Source: an uncultured Chloroflexia bacterium
GTDB lineage: Bacteria; Chloroflexota; Limnocylindria; Limnocylindrales; CSP1-4
Reading direction: 5' to 3'
Length of the DNA stretch: 64,000 bases
NCBI GenBank assembly: GCA_963833225.1
Contig: CAWHXD010000019.1
Span: 608,001-672,000, forward strand
Positions 9,977 to 19,406 of the stretch are shown here, piece by piece. The stretch's first letter is position 1, and each line of letters starts with the position of its first letter. The position numbers were made by a program, and so were the translations under genes. The notes under the pieces are model-generated. The model saw nothing but the letters and a program-made list of their open reading frames with translations, was not told the origin of the DNA and did not search any database.

Positions 9977-10312
9977 TTACCGCGAGAAGGGCGTCAGGTT
10001 GATCGACGTGATCTTGCCGGTCTCGACCCGGAACTGGGCATCGAGGTGCTGGCTGGGAGCGCCCGGTCGGACGACGATGATGTCCGCCTGGTAGGTGTTG
10101 CCGATGTCCCGTACGTCCCCGGGGACCATCTTGAGCCCCTTGTCGGCTCGCAGGAACCAGCCACCCACCTGCTCCAGCCCGCGCAGCGTCCGGGCGTTGT
10201 CACCGACATGGATGCGCATCTCCACGCGCTCGTCCATCAGGGCCACGGCGGCGTCGATCTCGCCCGCGTTGAGCTGCTCGAAGAAGATCTCCATGGTGTC
10301 GGCGGCTCCCAT
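9977..10312 (-). CDS. SnoaL/NTF2-like domain protein
   Basis: FFEQLNAGEIDAAVALMDERV...LRGLEQV...FRVETGKITSI pattern. Confidence 0.7.
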   Translation of the reverse strand: MGAADTMEIFFEQLNAGEIDAAVALMDERVEMRIHVGDNARTLRGLEQVGGWFLRADKGLKMVPGDVRDIGNTYQADIIVVRPGAPSQHLDAQFRVETGKITSINLTPFSR

Positions 10313-10375
10313 GGCCGGAGTGTACCCCGAGCGGCCTCCCCGGCCTGTTGCCCGCCGGCCGCCGCCGGGACGGTC

Positions 10376-12070
10376 CTAGAAGCCGCCGCCCGCCCCGCCT
10401 CCGCCGCCCCCGGAGCTGCCGCCGGAGAAGCCGCCGCCGCCGGATCCGGACGAGGACGGCGAGTTCCCGATGGTGCCCAGGGCGGCCATCATGCCGCCGA
10501 AGTTGGGGATCGGGGAGGAGCTCATCATCCCTGGTGCCCAGCCGCCGCCACCGTGGCCATCGCCCCACGAGCCAGACCCGCTCGAATACCAGAGCGGGAA
10601 GTATCCGCTGCGTGAGCGTCCGGCGGAGAAGTCCTCGGCCGACCGCTGGAGGACTCGCTCGACATCCTCCTGGAGGCCGAGGGCCGTGCCCCAGACGACG
10701 GCGTCATCGGGGTCCTCGATGAGCGGGATCGCGGACTCCTCCACGACCTGGCCCATCGACCGGGCCTGCGCCATCGTCTTCTCGAGGGTCCGCCGGTAGG
10801 CCTCGAGCATGGCCACGACCACGGCGCCGGCCTGCGTTCGCGCCGGCATGACGGTCGAGATGATGAACAGCCAGACGGCCGAAGCGATCAGCGAGAGGCC
10901 GATCAGGACCAAGCCCGAGGACGGCAGGTTGGCACCCAGGATGATCGAGCCGATGGCCAGCACGAACGCGACCACGCCGAGCGCGGCCCAGCGTCCGGAC
11001 GTCCGCGTCGGCGGCTCGCGATACCACCCCTCCTGCACCAGGTGCTTCTCCAGGTTCGAGTTGAAGCTGGAGACGTAGGTTCCGAGCTTGAGGATGTCGT
11101 CGGGCTCGATCCAGCCGTCCGAGCCCCCCACGCTGTGCAGCCGGCCCAGCAGGTAGGCCGTGCCCTCGTCCAGCGGCCGCCGCCGGACGCGCGCGAGGCG
11201 AGCCTGCTCCACCGGGTCCTGCGTCATCGAATCCCGGGTGTAGATCCCGAGCTCCTGCTTGCCGCTCCCGAACAGGTGCGGCTTCTCGATGTTCTGGAAC
11301 GCGATCCGGCCGCGAGCGGCCAGATCCAGGCTGGCCGCCGTGAGCGCCCGGCGGGTGACGCTGCCGTCACGCATGGCGGCGCCGGCGGCGGGCGTGAGCC
11401 CCGGGGGCGGCGCAGGCATCAGGATCGAGGGGTCGTCGAGATAGACCGGATCCCGCCCGGCGCGGAACCAGCGGAACAGGGAGTAGGCGACGGCCAGGAG
11501 CAGGATGGCGGGCGCCAGGAGCAGCCCCAGCACCGCGTTGAGCTGCCTGGCGCCGGGGACCGCGCTGATCTTGTCAATCGCCGTGAGCAGCGCCCCGTTG
11601 ATGTCGCAGTTCCGGAGATGCGGCAGCATGTCGTTCTCGAAGATCCGCTGCCGGTCGTCGTTGGACAGCCACGCCTCGCGGTACCCGGACCCGGCGTACA
11701 GCTGGACCTGCCCGTGGCACGGGTCGTCCCCGTAGAGGTCGAACAGGATCACGAGGCCGTCGTTGATCCCGGCGCGCCCAACGCCCCACTGGTCCATCAG
11801 CGCGATCGCGTGCTGCTCCGCCTCGACGTAGTCGACGCCGCGGTCGACGAGCTGGGTGTAGACCACGATCTCGGCGCCGGTGTCGGCCTCGATCTTGTCG
11901 ATCTGGGCCTCCACCGTCGCGATCGTCGAGGCCTCGAGCACGCCCGCGGTGTCGTACACCGCCTGGTTGTTGACGGGATCCGGGAACGGGGGTCCGGCCC
12001 CGAGCGCGAGTGCGGGGGCGAGCCCGATGGCCGTGAGCGCGGCGGCCAACGCGAGTCGGACGGTGGACAT
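10376..12070 (-). CDS. TPM-domain plus DUF2207-like membrane protein with Gly-rich tail
   Basis: Signal peptide; VYDTAGVL...DQWGVGRAGINDGLVILF (TPM); TAASLDLAARGRI and ALGL motifs; C-terminal SGGGGFSGGSSGGGGGGAGGGF. Confidence 0.8.
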   Translation of the reverse strand: MSTVRLALAAALTAIGLAPALALGAGPPFPDPVNNQAVYDTAGVLEASTIATVEAQIDKIEADTGAEIVVYTQLVDRGVDYVEAEQHAIALMDQWGVGRAGINDGLVILFDLYGDDPCHGQVQLYAGSGYREAWLSNDDRQRIFENDMLPHLRNCDINGALLTAIDKISAVPGARQLNAVLGLLLAPAILLLAVAYSLFRWFRAGRDPVYLDDPSILMPAPPPGLTPAAGAAMRDGSVTRRALTAASLDLAARGRIAFQNIEKPHLFGSGKQELGIYTRDSMTQDPVEQARLARVRRRPLDEGTAYLLGRLHSVGGSDGWIEPDDILKLGTYVSSFNSNLEKHLVQEGWYREPPTRTSGRWAALGVVAFVLAIGSIILGANLPSSGLVLIGLSLIASAVWLFIISTVMPARTQAGAVVVAMLEAYRRTLEKTMAQARSMGQVVEESAIPLIEDPDDAVVWGTALGLQEDVERVLQRSAEDFSAGRSRSGYFPLWYSSGSGSWGDGHGGGGWAPGMMSSSPIPNFGGMMAALGTIGNSPSSSGSGGGGFSGGSSGGGGGGAGGGF

Positions 12071-12106
12071 GCGGGAATCCTCCGCTGCCGGGGATCGGCG
12101 CAATCG

Positions 12107-12506
12107 TCAGTCGCGGACGAACATGCCGATCACCGCCGTGATGATCGACAGCAGCACCGACGCGATCAGGGCACCGACCACGGTGTCGGAGCTGAGATCC
12201 GCGACTGGCCAGCCGCCGATCGTGAACTTGACGGCCGTGAACAGGTGGATCCCATAGGCGATCGCCAGCAGCAGCGCCGCGTTGATCGCGAACCCGGAGA
12301 GGCCCATCGTCAGCAGCGACACCGGGAAGGACAGTCGCCTGCACGATCGGCTTGATCGTGGAGTTGACGACGCCGATCACGATCGCGACCAGGATCTGGT
12401 TGGGCCACAGGTCGCCCTTGATCTGGATCAGCGACGCCGGCAGGATCTGGAGCAGGAGCAGGAATGCGATCGCGCCCGCCGCGATTGCCAGGATGAAGCC
12501 TTTCAC
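12107..12506 (-). CDS. 4-TM phage-holin-like (YvlD/DUF360-type) membrane protein; frameshift near 12335
   Basis: IVIGVVNSTIKPIV / SFPVSLLTMGLSGFAINAALL / ALIASVLLSII motifs split over two frames. Confidence 0.75.
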
Positions 12507-12681
12507 GACAGCCCTCCGTGCGATGGAACGACACGGCGGCCGAAGCCGATGTGCCGGACGCCGTGTCCGATGATGGCAGATAGAGCCACACGGTCGCACG
12601 CCCGGATCTCGCAGCCTCGCCGAGGCCTGGTCCAGCGTGACCGGGCTATCCTCGGTGGACCGAATCCCCTGGAGGTGTCCG

Positions 12682-14442
12682 TTGTCCGCCTTCGACGACC
12701 TCGTTTCCGGTCTGCTCGAGGAGCTGTTCGCGCTCCAGCCGGAGCTCGCAACCGCCATCGGCGACCACCGGTACGACGACCAGTGGTCGGACATGAGCGA
12801 GTCCGGCCGACGGGCGCGTCTTGCGTTCGCCGACCGCTGGGAGGACACGCTCGAACGCCTCGATGAGGCGCGGCTGTCCGCCGATGAGCGGATCGACGCC
12901 GACCTGCTCCGGGGCGAGCTGGCGGCGCTCCGGTTTGCCGAGGCCGAGCTCATCGAGGAGGCATGGAGCCCGCTCGCCTGGGTGTACCTGCTTGGTGGTG
13001 GCCTCCATCCGCTGCTGACCCGCGAGTTCGCCCCCCTTGCCGTCCGACTGGCATCGGTCCTGGGGCGGCTTGAGGGGATCCCGCGGCTGCTCGACCAGGC
13101 GCGGCAGGTCGTGGGCACCCACCCCACGCGCCCGGTGGCGCGACTCCATGCCGAGGCGGCCGCCCGACGGATCGGTGGCGTCGGGGAGCTCGCCCGAGAC
13201 GCGGTGGCCCAGGCCGAGGCGGCTGCCGCCGACGACCCCGACGTGGCCCTGCTCCTTCCGGAGCTGACCCGGGCCGCGGACGAGGCCGTCGCCGCGATCG
13301 AGGCGATGGCGCGCCACCTGGCCGACGAGGTCGTCCCCAACGTCAGCGGGCCCTCCGAGCTCGGCGAGCCGCTCTACACGCGGAAGCTCCGCCACACGCT
13401 CCGTGACCCGGCGATCACCGCCGCCGACGTCCTCGCCAGGGCAGAGGCGGAGTACGCGGTGGTGCGCGCGGAGATGGTCCGGATCGCCCGCGACATCTGG
13501 CCGCGGTGGCGGCCCGGCGAGGTGGCCCCCACGGACGAGGGCGACCTGGTCCGTGGCACGCTCGACGCCATCGCGGCCGAGCACCCCGGCGCCGATGAGC
13601 TGGTGGCCGCCTGTACGGCAGAGCTCGCCCGCATCGAGGCCTTCTGCCGGGAACGCGGGATCATCACCCTCGCCGAGGAGCCTCTCCAGATCGACTGGAC
13701 GCCGGAGTTCATGCGCTCGTTCGGCGGTGCGATGCTGGACTCGCCGGGGCCGCTCGATGCGGGCCAACGGGCGTTCTTCTCGATCACGCCGGTCCGCGAC
13801 GAGTGGTCGCCGGACGAGGTGGAGTCCTACCTGCGCGAGATGAGCTCGCGGCAGATCAAGCTGCTCACGATCCACGAGGCGGTCCCCGGCCACTACCTCC
13901 AGGGCGCCCACGGCAACCGCGGCACGTCGCTCGTCCGGCGCGTGTTCGGGTCGGGGCTGTTCGCCGAGGGCTGGGCGGTGTACGTGACCCAGATCATGCT
14001 CGACCGTGGATACGCCGATGATGATCCCGCGCTCTGGCTTGTCCACTGGAAGTTCTACCTGCGGGCCGTCATCAACGCCATCATCGACGTCCGGATCCAC
14101 ACCGCCGGGATGGCGTCCGATGAGGCGATCGCGCTCATGGTCGACGGCGGGTTCCAGGAGCGTGCCGAAGCCCTCGCCAAGGACGAGCGGGCGCGCCTCT
14201 CGTCCACCCAGCTCGTGACGTACTTCATGGGCTCGGTCGGGATGTGGGACATCGAGGACGCGGCCCGCCGCAGGGCGGCCGCAGCTGCCGGGGCGGGCGA
14301 GGATGCCGTGCCGTCCCCCAGGGTCGTGGGCGGCTACCCGGCGACCCCCGGGTTCGATGAACGGGCGCACCTCGAGGCGATCATCGCCAACGGCGAGCCA
14401 CCGATCCCGATCCTGCGGCGGATCATGCTCGGGGACGGCTGA
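12682..14442 (+). CDS. DUF885 family protein (putative zinc metallopeptidase)
   Basis: PELATAIGDHRYDDQWSD, TIHEAVPGHYLQ and FAEGWAVY motifs; GGAGG RBS before TTG. Confidence 0.9.
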   Translation: MSAFDDLVSGLLEELFALQPELATAIGDHRYDDQWSDMSESGRRARLAFADRWEDTLERLDEARLSADERIDADLLRGELAALRFAEAELIEEAWSPLAWVYLLGGGLHPLLTREFAPLAVRLASVLGRLEGIPRLLDQARQVVGTHPTRPVARLHAEAAARRIGGVGELARDAVAQAEAAAADDPDVALLLPELTRAADEAVAAIEAMARHLADEVVPNVSGPSELGEPLYTRKLRHTLRDPAITAADVLARAEAEYAVVRAEMVRIARDIWPRWRPGEVAPTDEGDLVRGTLDAIAAEHPGADELVAACTAELARIEAFCRERGIITLAEEPLQIDWTPEFMRSFGGAMLDSPGPLDAGQRAFFSITPVRDEWSPDEVESYLREMSSRQIKLLTIHEAVPGHYLQGAHGNRGTSLVRRVFGSGLFAEGWAVYVTQIMLDRGYADDDPALWLVHWKFYLRAVINAIIDVRIHTAGMASDEAIALMVDGGFQERAEALAKDERARLSSTQLVTYFMGSVGMWDIEDAARRRAAAAAGAGEDAVPSPRVVGGYPATPGFDERAHLEAIIANGEPPIPILRRIMLGDG

Positions 14443-14445
14443 CGG

Positions 14446-17400
14446 CTACCTGTCCGTTCGAGGCTTCTTGCTTCGAGCGGCCCTGGCGCGCTTCTTCGTG
14501 GGCTTGACGCCCTGCGCTGCCGCCGCGCGGCCGCCGGCGGACGACGCGCCCAGCGAAGCTCGCAGGAGGTCCACCCGGTAACCGGAGGTCTCGGCCGCGC
14601 TGGCCAGCTTCCGCTCGAGCACCGACCGCCCGGGAGCTCGCCCGCCGCCCCCGGCGGGGGCTGCCACGACCTGATCTAGCCGGGCCATCCACGCGAGCAG
14701 CTCGACCCAGGATTCCCGGTGGAACCACTCGACGCCATCCCAGGCGTTGACCCGGATGAACGGACGAACGGCCGGGTGCGCCAGCCAGGCGTCGACCAGT
14801 CGGAGGGGGAGCGTTCCGGCCGGTCCTCCGATCGCCGACGGGAGTGGCAGGTCCAGCAGGGTTCGAACGCGCTCCGCCGCCCACCACGCCGCGCCCTCGT
14901 CCAGGCCCCGGCCCCGGAGGGCATCGGCCACGACCGGCGCCAGCCGCAGCTCCTCGTACCAGGCCCGGCTCGTCGGCCCGACCGGTGCGCCCTCGGGCAG
15001 CGACCCGAGCGGCGAGAGCAGCGTCCAGACCAGCAGCGCGGCCGCCTGCGACGGGTCCTCGATGGCGTCCGCCTGGCGCTGTGAGGCCTCCCAGCGGGCG
15101 ACGACCCGCTCGACCACGGCCCCGCGGTCGCCCAGGGTGCCGGTCGCCTCGGCGACCGCGTCCACGACCCGCCATGCGGCGTCGCGCGACGGCTCGGCGA
15201 TCGCGGCCCGCAGGGCGTCGTGGACTGGCCCGAGCTGCTGGTTGCGCAGCTCATCCTCGAGCGACGGCACCCCGCGCTCGCCGATCCGCTCCGCCAGACG
15301 GCGCCAGATCCCGGCCCCGTCGTGGAGCTCGCGCATGTCCCAGAACACCCGGCTCTCATAGGCGTGGAGCCCGACGTGCAGGCCGCGCTCGCGGATCTCC
15401 GCCACGGATCGCAGGTACTCCAGCGACGAGCGCTGCTCGCGGAACGCCAGCCAGCGGTCGTCCGCTGGGCCGTCGCCCAGGCCCAGGCCGTCCGCCAGCG
15501 TCCGGGTCACGACCCGCTTTGACCCGTCCTCGCTCTTGACCGCGAACGGCACCGAGGTGTGGATCCAGCCCGACGTGTCGCCGTACCGGTTGTGGTAGAC
15601 CACCAGCGACCGGGATCCGCCCGACCCGTTCGAATACGCGTACACGTTCTCGTCCACGCCGCCCGCGTCGTGGCCAACGTCGTACAGGGTGAAGTTCCGC
15701 GCCTCGGCGAAGTCGCCGCGCCGGTGGAGCAGCGGCACGATGTCGTGCTCGTGGCGCGCCACCAGCCATTCGTCCGGTCGCTCGTCCAGCGTGGCGCGCC
15801 GGAACTCCATGCCGTACTTCTCGGCGTAGCCCTCGAACTGGCCGTGCCCGAACATCGGCAGTCCCGGCAGCGTCGCGAGGAGCGTGGTCACGCCGAAGGA
15901 CTTGTCGCCCTTCCCGAACTGCTCGACGGTGGTCTTCTCGTCGGGGTTGTTCATGAAGTTGACATAGCGCTGGAGGATCTCGGGGTCGAACTCCAGGGTC
16001 TCCTTGATGACCCGGCGGTAGCCCGCGTTGTCCTCGTCCCGGAGCATGTGCATGAACGCGCTGTTGTAGACGCGGTGCATGCCCAGGGTGCGGACGAAGT
16101 AGCCCTCGAGGAGCCAGAAGGCCTCCGCGAGGAGCAACGTGTCGGGCACCTCGGCCGCCACCCGGTCCACGACCTCGCGCCAGAACTCGACGGGCATCGC
16201 CGCGTCGAACTGGGCCTGGGTCATCGTCCCGAACTCGGCGCGCGAGGGGATGGCGCCGCCACCCTCGCCGGGGCCAGGGAACCACAGCCGCCGGACGTGC
16301 TTCTTCGCGAGCACCATCGCGGCGTCGAAGCGGATGACCGGGAACCGGCGCGCGACCGCGAGGATCGTCTGGATCACCTGCTCGCGGACGGCCGCCGACG
16401 AGAAGTCGAGCTGCGCCGTGTCGTTCCACGGGAAGCTCGTGCCGTCGTTGCCGTGGTAGATGTAGCGCCGCTCGCCGGACCAGCGGTCGCGCCACTCGAA
16501 GGTGACGGCGGCGTCGCTGTTGTCCCAGTAGTGATCCTCGAGGCGGACATCCACCCGGTCGTGCTCGGCCAGGTTCTCGCCGCTGAACGTGTAGCCGGGG
16601 TATGGCGGCTCGGGGAGCGACAGGAACCAGTCGGGATGGTCCGTGACCCACCGCGAGTCGATCCCCATGTGGTTGGGCACCATGTCCGACGCCAGCCGGA
16701 CGCCCCGCTGCCACGCCCGGTGGCGCAGGTTCGCCCACGCGTCCTCGCCCCCGAGGTCACCCGCGATGACGTAGTCGTCGAGGGAGTAGGCCGATGCCGC
16801 CGCGTCCGGGTTGCCGCGCCAGATCTTGATCCGCTGCGAGGCCTTGCTCCGCTCCCAGAGCCCGATCAGCCACAGGCCCGTGATGCCCAGGCGGGCGAGC
16901 CGGTCGAGCTCCTCGTCCGGGATGGCGTCGAGGGTGCGGATGTCCCGCCCGTACGCGCGCGACAGCTGGTCCAGCCAGACGTGGGTGCTCTTGGCGATCA
17001 GCACCAGCCGCGGCATCCAGGCGGAGTCGCTGGAGAACCGCTCGGGCTCCGCCTCGAGGCCCGACAGGTCCGGCGCCTCGCCGTGATCGGCACCGCCCCC
17101 GCCCCCGCCGCCACCACCGCCGAAGCGCAGGTGGAGCCCGCGCTCCTCCTCGCCGATCACGTCCAGGGTGAGCAGCATCCGGTCCAGCAGCGAGTCGAGC
17201 GCGCCGCCGAGGAGCGCGCCCCAGTGCTCCTTCACGTAGCGCAGCTGCCCGGCCAGCGACGTGGGGTGCGCACGGGCCGGCGCCCGAAGCAGCTCCACCA
17301 GCGTCTCGCCGTTGGGACCGACCGGGGGCAGGGAACCCTGGTACGCCTCGAGCGCGGCCATCGCGGCGGTGCGCTCGGGCCGGGGGAGGGGAGTGTCGTC

Positions 17401-17916
17401 CACGAGGATGCGGAGCGGCCGCGCGGCTGGGTTCTCGTTGGCCACCCGGATGAGCAGCAGCTCCTCGAGCCGGGCCGGGGATGGGGCGTCCGCCACGTCG
17501 GGGAACTCACCGCCAACCGCGCCCAGGAGGCGTTCCGCCCGTTTCGTGCCCAGGGCCTGTCCAATGGCGTCCGTCGTGACGGTCATCGACGTCAGCGGTT
17601 GGAGCTCCGCCGCTCGCCGGACCAAGAGGTGCGAGATCTCGTGGAGCAGCTCGAGGGCCGCGAGATCACCCGCTTGCGCACTCGGCTCGCCAGCCTGTCT
17701 CGTGGCGTTGACCGCCGCGGCGACCCGGCGTGCGACCGGGAGGTTGGCGGCCAGCCTGGTCGTGGGGGCCGACGTCGCGGTGGCGGGGGCCGCGGCGGGG
17801 ATGGGCGCGGCCGTGGCGGGGAGGGGCGCGGCCACGGTGGTGGCTGGCGCGGCCGCGGTGAGGGCTTCCAGCGAGAAGCGCGTCCTGGCGGTGCGCGAGA
17901 TGGGCAGGGCTCGCAT
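14446..17916 (-). CDS. Large GH13 alpha-amylase-family glycoside hydrolase
   Basis: DMVPNH, IRFDAAM, LLAEAFW and FMNNPDE conserved regions of GH13. Confidence 0.9.
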   Translation of the reverse strand: MRALPISRTARTRFSLEALTAAAPATTVAAPLPATAAPIPAAAPATATSAPTTRLAANLPVARRVAAAVNATRQAGEPSAQAGDLAALELLHEISHLLVRRAAELQPLTSMTVTTDAIGQALGTKRAERLLGAVGGEFPDVADAPSPARLEELLLIRVANENPAARPLRILVDDTPLPRPERTAAMAALEAYQGSLPPVGPNGETLVELLRAPARAHPTSLAGQLRYVKEHWGALLGGALDSLLDRMLLTLDVIGEEERGLHLRFGGGGGGGGGGADHGEAPDLSGLEAEPERFSSDSAWMPRLVLIAKSTHVWLDQLSRAYGRDIRTLDAIPDEELDRLARLGITGLWLIGLWERSKASQRIKIWRGNPDAAASAYSLDDYVIAGDLGGEDAWANLRHRAWQRGVRLASDMVPNHMGIDSRWVTDHPDWFLSLPEPPYPGYTFSGENLAEHDRVDVRLEDHYWDNSDAAVTFEWRDRWSGERRYIYHGNDGTSFPWNDTAQLDFSSAAVREQVIQTILAVARRFPVIRFDAAMVLAKKHVRRLWFPGPGEGGGAIPSRAEFGTMTQAQFDAAMPVEFWREVVDRVAAEVPDTLLLAEAFWLLEGYFVRTLGMHRVYNSAFMHMLRDEDNAGYRRVIKETLEFDPEILQRYVNFMNNPDEKTTVEQFGKGDKSFGVTTLLATLPGLPMFGHGQFEGYAEKYGMEFRRATLDERPDEWLVARHEHDIVPLLHRRGDFAEARNFTLYDVGHDAGGVDENVYAYSNGSGGSRSLVVYHNRYGDTSGWIHTSVPFAVKSEDGSKRVVTRTLADGLGLGDGPADDRWLAFREQRSSLEYLRSVAEIRERGLHVGLHAYESRVFWDMRELHDGAGIWRRLAERIGERGVPSLEDELRNQQLGPVHDALRAAIAEPSRDAAWRVVDAVAEATGTLGDRGAVVERVVARWEASQRQADAIEDPSQAAALLVWTLLSPLGSLPEGAPVGPTSRAWYEELRLAPVVADALRGRGLDEGAAWWAAERVRTLLDLPLPSAIGGPAGTLPLRLVDAWLAHPAVRPFIRVNAWDGVEWFHRESWVELLAWMARLDQVVAAPAGGGGRAPGRSVLERKLASAAETSGYRVDLLRASLGASSAGGRAAAAQGVKPTKKRARAARSKKPRTDR

Positions 17917-18031
17917 ACCTCAAGTGTCGCACCTCGGCGCCACCGGGGCCGGTGAGACGACGGCACCGGTAGCGGCGCGCGGGCCCCGGCCATGGCACCG
18001 GTCGCGGCGCCCGCCACCGGGCGAGGCGGGA

Positions 18032-19063
18032 TCAGGCCAGGACGGGACCCTGGGCGGCCGCGCGCTCGATGGCTCGGCGGAGGAGCTCGAAGGCGGCCGG
18101 GTCGAACTCGTAGCTCCACTCCCGGAAGCGGTCGGGCCGCTCAAAGCGGGACTCCAGCCCGAGGGCGATGGCCTCACGCGACAGCAGTACCAGGTCCGCC
18201 TCCCGGTCCACGCGATCCAGCTCCTCCTCGGTGTGGGCCACGGCGCTGATGAGCTCGACGCTGGTGTTGTCGGCGAGCTGCAGGGCTTCGGCGATGTTCT
18301 CCACCCCGCGCTGTGATCCGCACACGACACCCAGCTTCGAGCCGGCCGCCAGCCCGCCGATCTCGTGGATCAGCGACATGTAGGCCGGCCCCACCAGCAT
18401 CGCCACCACGGGGACCTGCCCGGCGACGATGGCCTGCGCCTCGTCCGCGTGGAACGTGGTGGTCGCCACCAGGTCGTAGTGGTAGCGATCCAGGCGTTCG
18501 GCGAGGTCGTCGAGCAGCACCGGGATGACCTCGACCTGCTCCGGGAAGGCCTCCGTGATGCGCTCAGCGTCAAACGTCGCGTCGGCGGACGTGCACTCCG
18601 CGAACAGGACGCGGATGTGCAGGCCGGGCCGCTTTCGTCCCGTAGCCGCGGTGAACGTCGCCTGCGCCACCTCGTCCGGTGTGAATCCAAGCGATACGGC
18701 CCGGCGCAGCGTCTCGGCGACGATCCCCGCAAGCGCCTCCGACCCGCGTCGGACGGGCGGCCGGTCCACGACATGCGTCCCGGCCCCATGCCGCCCAACC
18801 ACGTACCCGGAATCGGCCAGCCGGCGGTACACCGCACGGACCGTGTTGGGGTTGACCCGTAGCGCCGCGCCAAGCTCCCGGACGGGCGGCAGACGGGTGC
18901 CCGGCTGCATCCGCCCCGACTCGATCTGGTAGGCGAGCTGCCAGTAGATCTGGGTCGAGATCGGCACGTCCAAATCGCGCTCGATGTCGAGGTCGTGGCC
19001 ACCGGGACCGTTCAGGGCGGGCCGTTCGGCCGGTGAGGAGGGGCCATTCCGGCTACTTGACAT
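18032..19063 (-). CDS. GntR family regulator (YtrA-like HTH plus long C-terminal domain)
   Basis: PISTQIYWQLAYQIESGRMQPGTRLPPVRELGAALRVNPNTVRAVYRRL...GAGTHV. Confidence 0.9.
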   Translation of the reverse strand: MSSSRNGPSSPAERPALNGPGGHDLDIERDLDVPISTQIYWQLAYQIESGRMQPGTRLPPVRELGAALRVNPNTVRAVYRRLADSGYVVGRHGAGTHVVDRPPVRRGSEALAGIVAETLRRAVSLGFTPDEVAQATFTAATGRKRPGLHIRVLFAECTSADATFDAERITEAFPEQVEVIPVLLDDLAERLDRYHYDLVATTTFHADEAQAIVAGQVPVVAMLVGPAYMSLIHEIGGLAAGSKLGVVCGSQRGVENIAEALQLADNTSVELISAVAHTEEELDRVDREADLVLLSREAIALGLESRFERPDRFREWSYEFDPAAFELLRRAIERAAAQGPVLA

Positions 19064-19112
19064 AGTGGACTAGTCCAACTATCGTTCGACTTGGCCTAGT
19101 TGACTATATCAA
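19057..19112. promoter_or_regulatory. Pair of inverted 22-bp boxes, probable GntR operator between divergent genes
   Basis: TTGACATAGTGGACTAGTCCAA (19057-19078) matches the reverse complement of 19091-19112 at 18/22 positions; AT-rich. Confidence 0.7.
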
Positions 19113-19152
19113 TGACGGGCACCCCGCCCGAGAAGATCTTGAGCGTACCCAC

Positions 19153-19287
19153 ATGGAATTCCTCCTCATCGCGATCATGCTGGTGATCCTCGCCGCATTC
19201 GCCGTGACCGCGAACGAGCTCGGGGTCGACTCCCGTGAGGGCTTCGACGACCCGCATCGCCCCAACTCCCCGGTCGGCCTCGCGTAG
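19153..19287 (+). CDS. 44-aa small membrane protein (not in the ORF track)
   Basis: MEFLLIAIMLVILAAFAVTANELGVDSREGFDDPHRPNSPVGLA*; one hydrophobic helix, GC3-rich codons, followed by hairpins. Confidence 0.75.
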   Translation: MEFLLIAIMLVILAAFAVTANELGVDSREGFDDPHRPNSPVGLA

Positions 19288-19350
19288 CCGACCCACCACA
19301 TTCGCCTCGAGCGCCGACCCGACCCCTCCTTCCGGCGCTCGAGCCCCAGC

Positions 19351-19378
19351 CGACCCCCGGCCGGACAACCGGGGGTCG
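19351..19378. terminator. GC-rich stem-loop between convergent genes
   Basis: CGACCCCCGG-ccggacaa-CCGGGGGTCG, 10-bp perfect stem; no U-tract. Confidence 0.5.
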
Positions 19379-19406
19379 CTGGATTCCCGGGACCCGTCGT
19401 GATCGC

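Noticed and set aside
12107-12506. Prophage lysis gene
   Set aside because: The holin-like family is common in chromosomes, and no phage genes flank it.
15559-17955. Long antisense or alternate-frame ORFs (also 23088..25436, 1945..3771, 12646..14370, 39950..41650 and others)
   Set aside because: Shadow ORFs expected at very high GC opposite real genes; no motifs.
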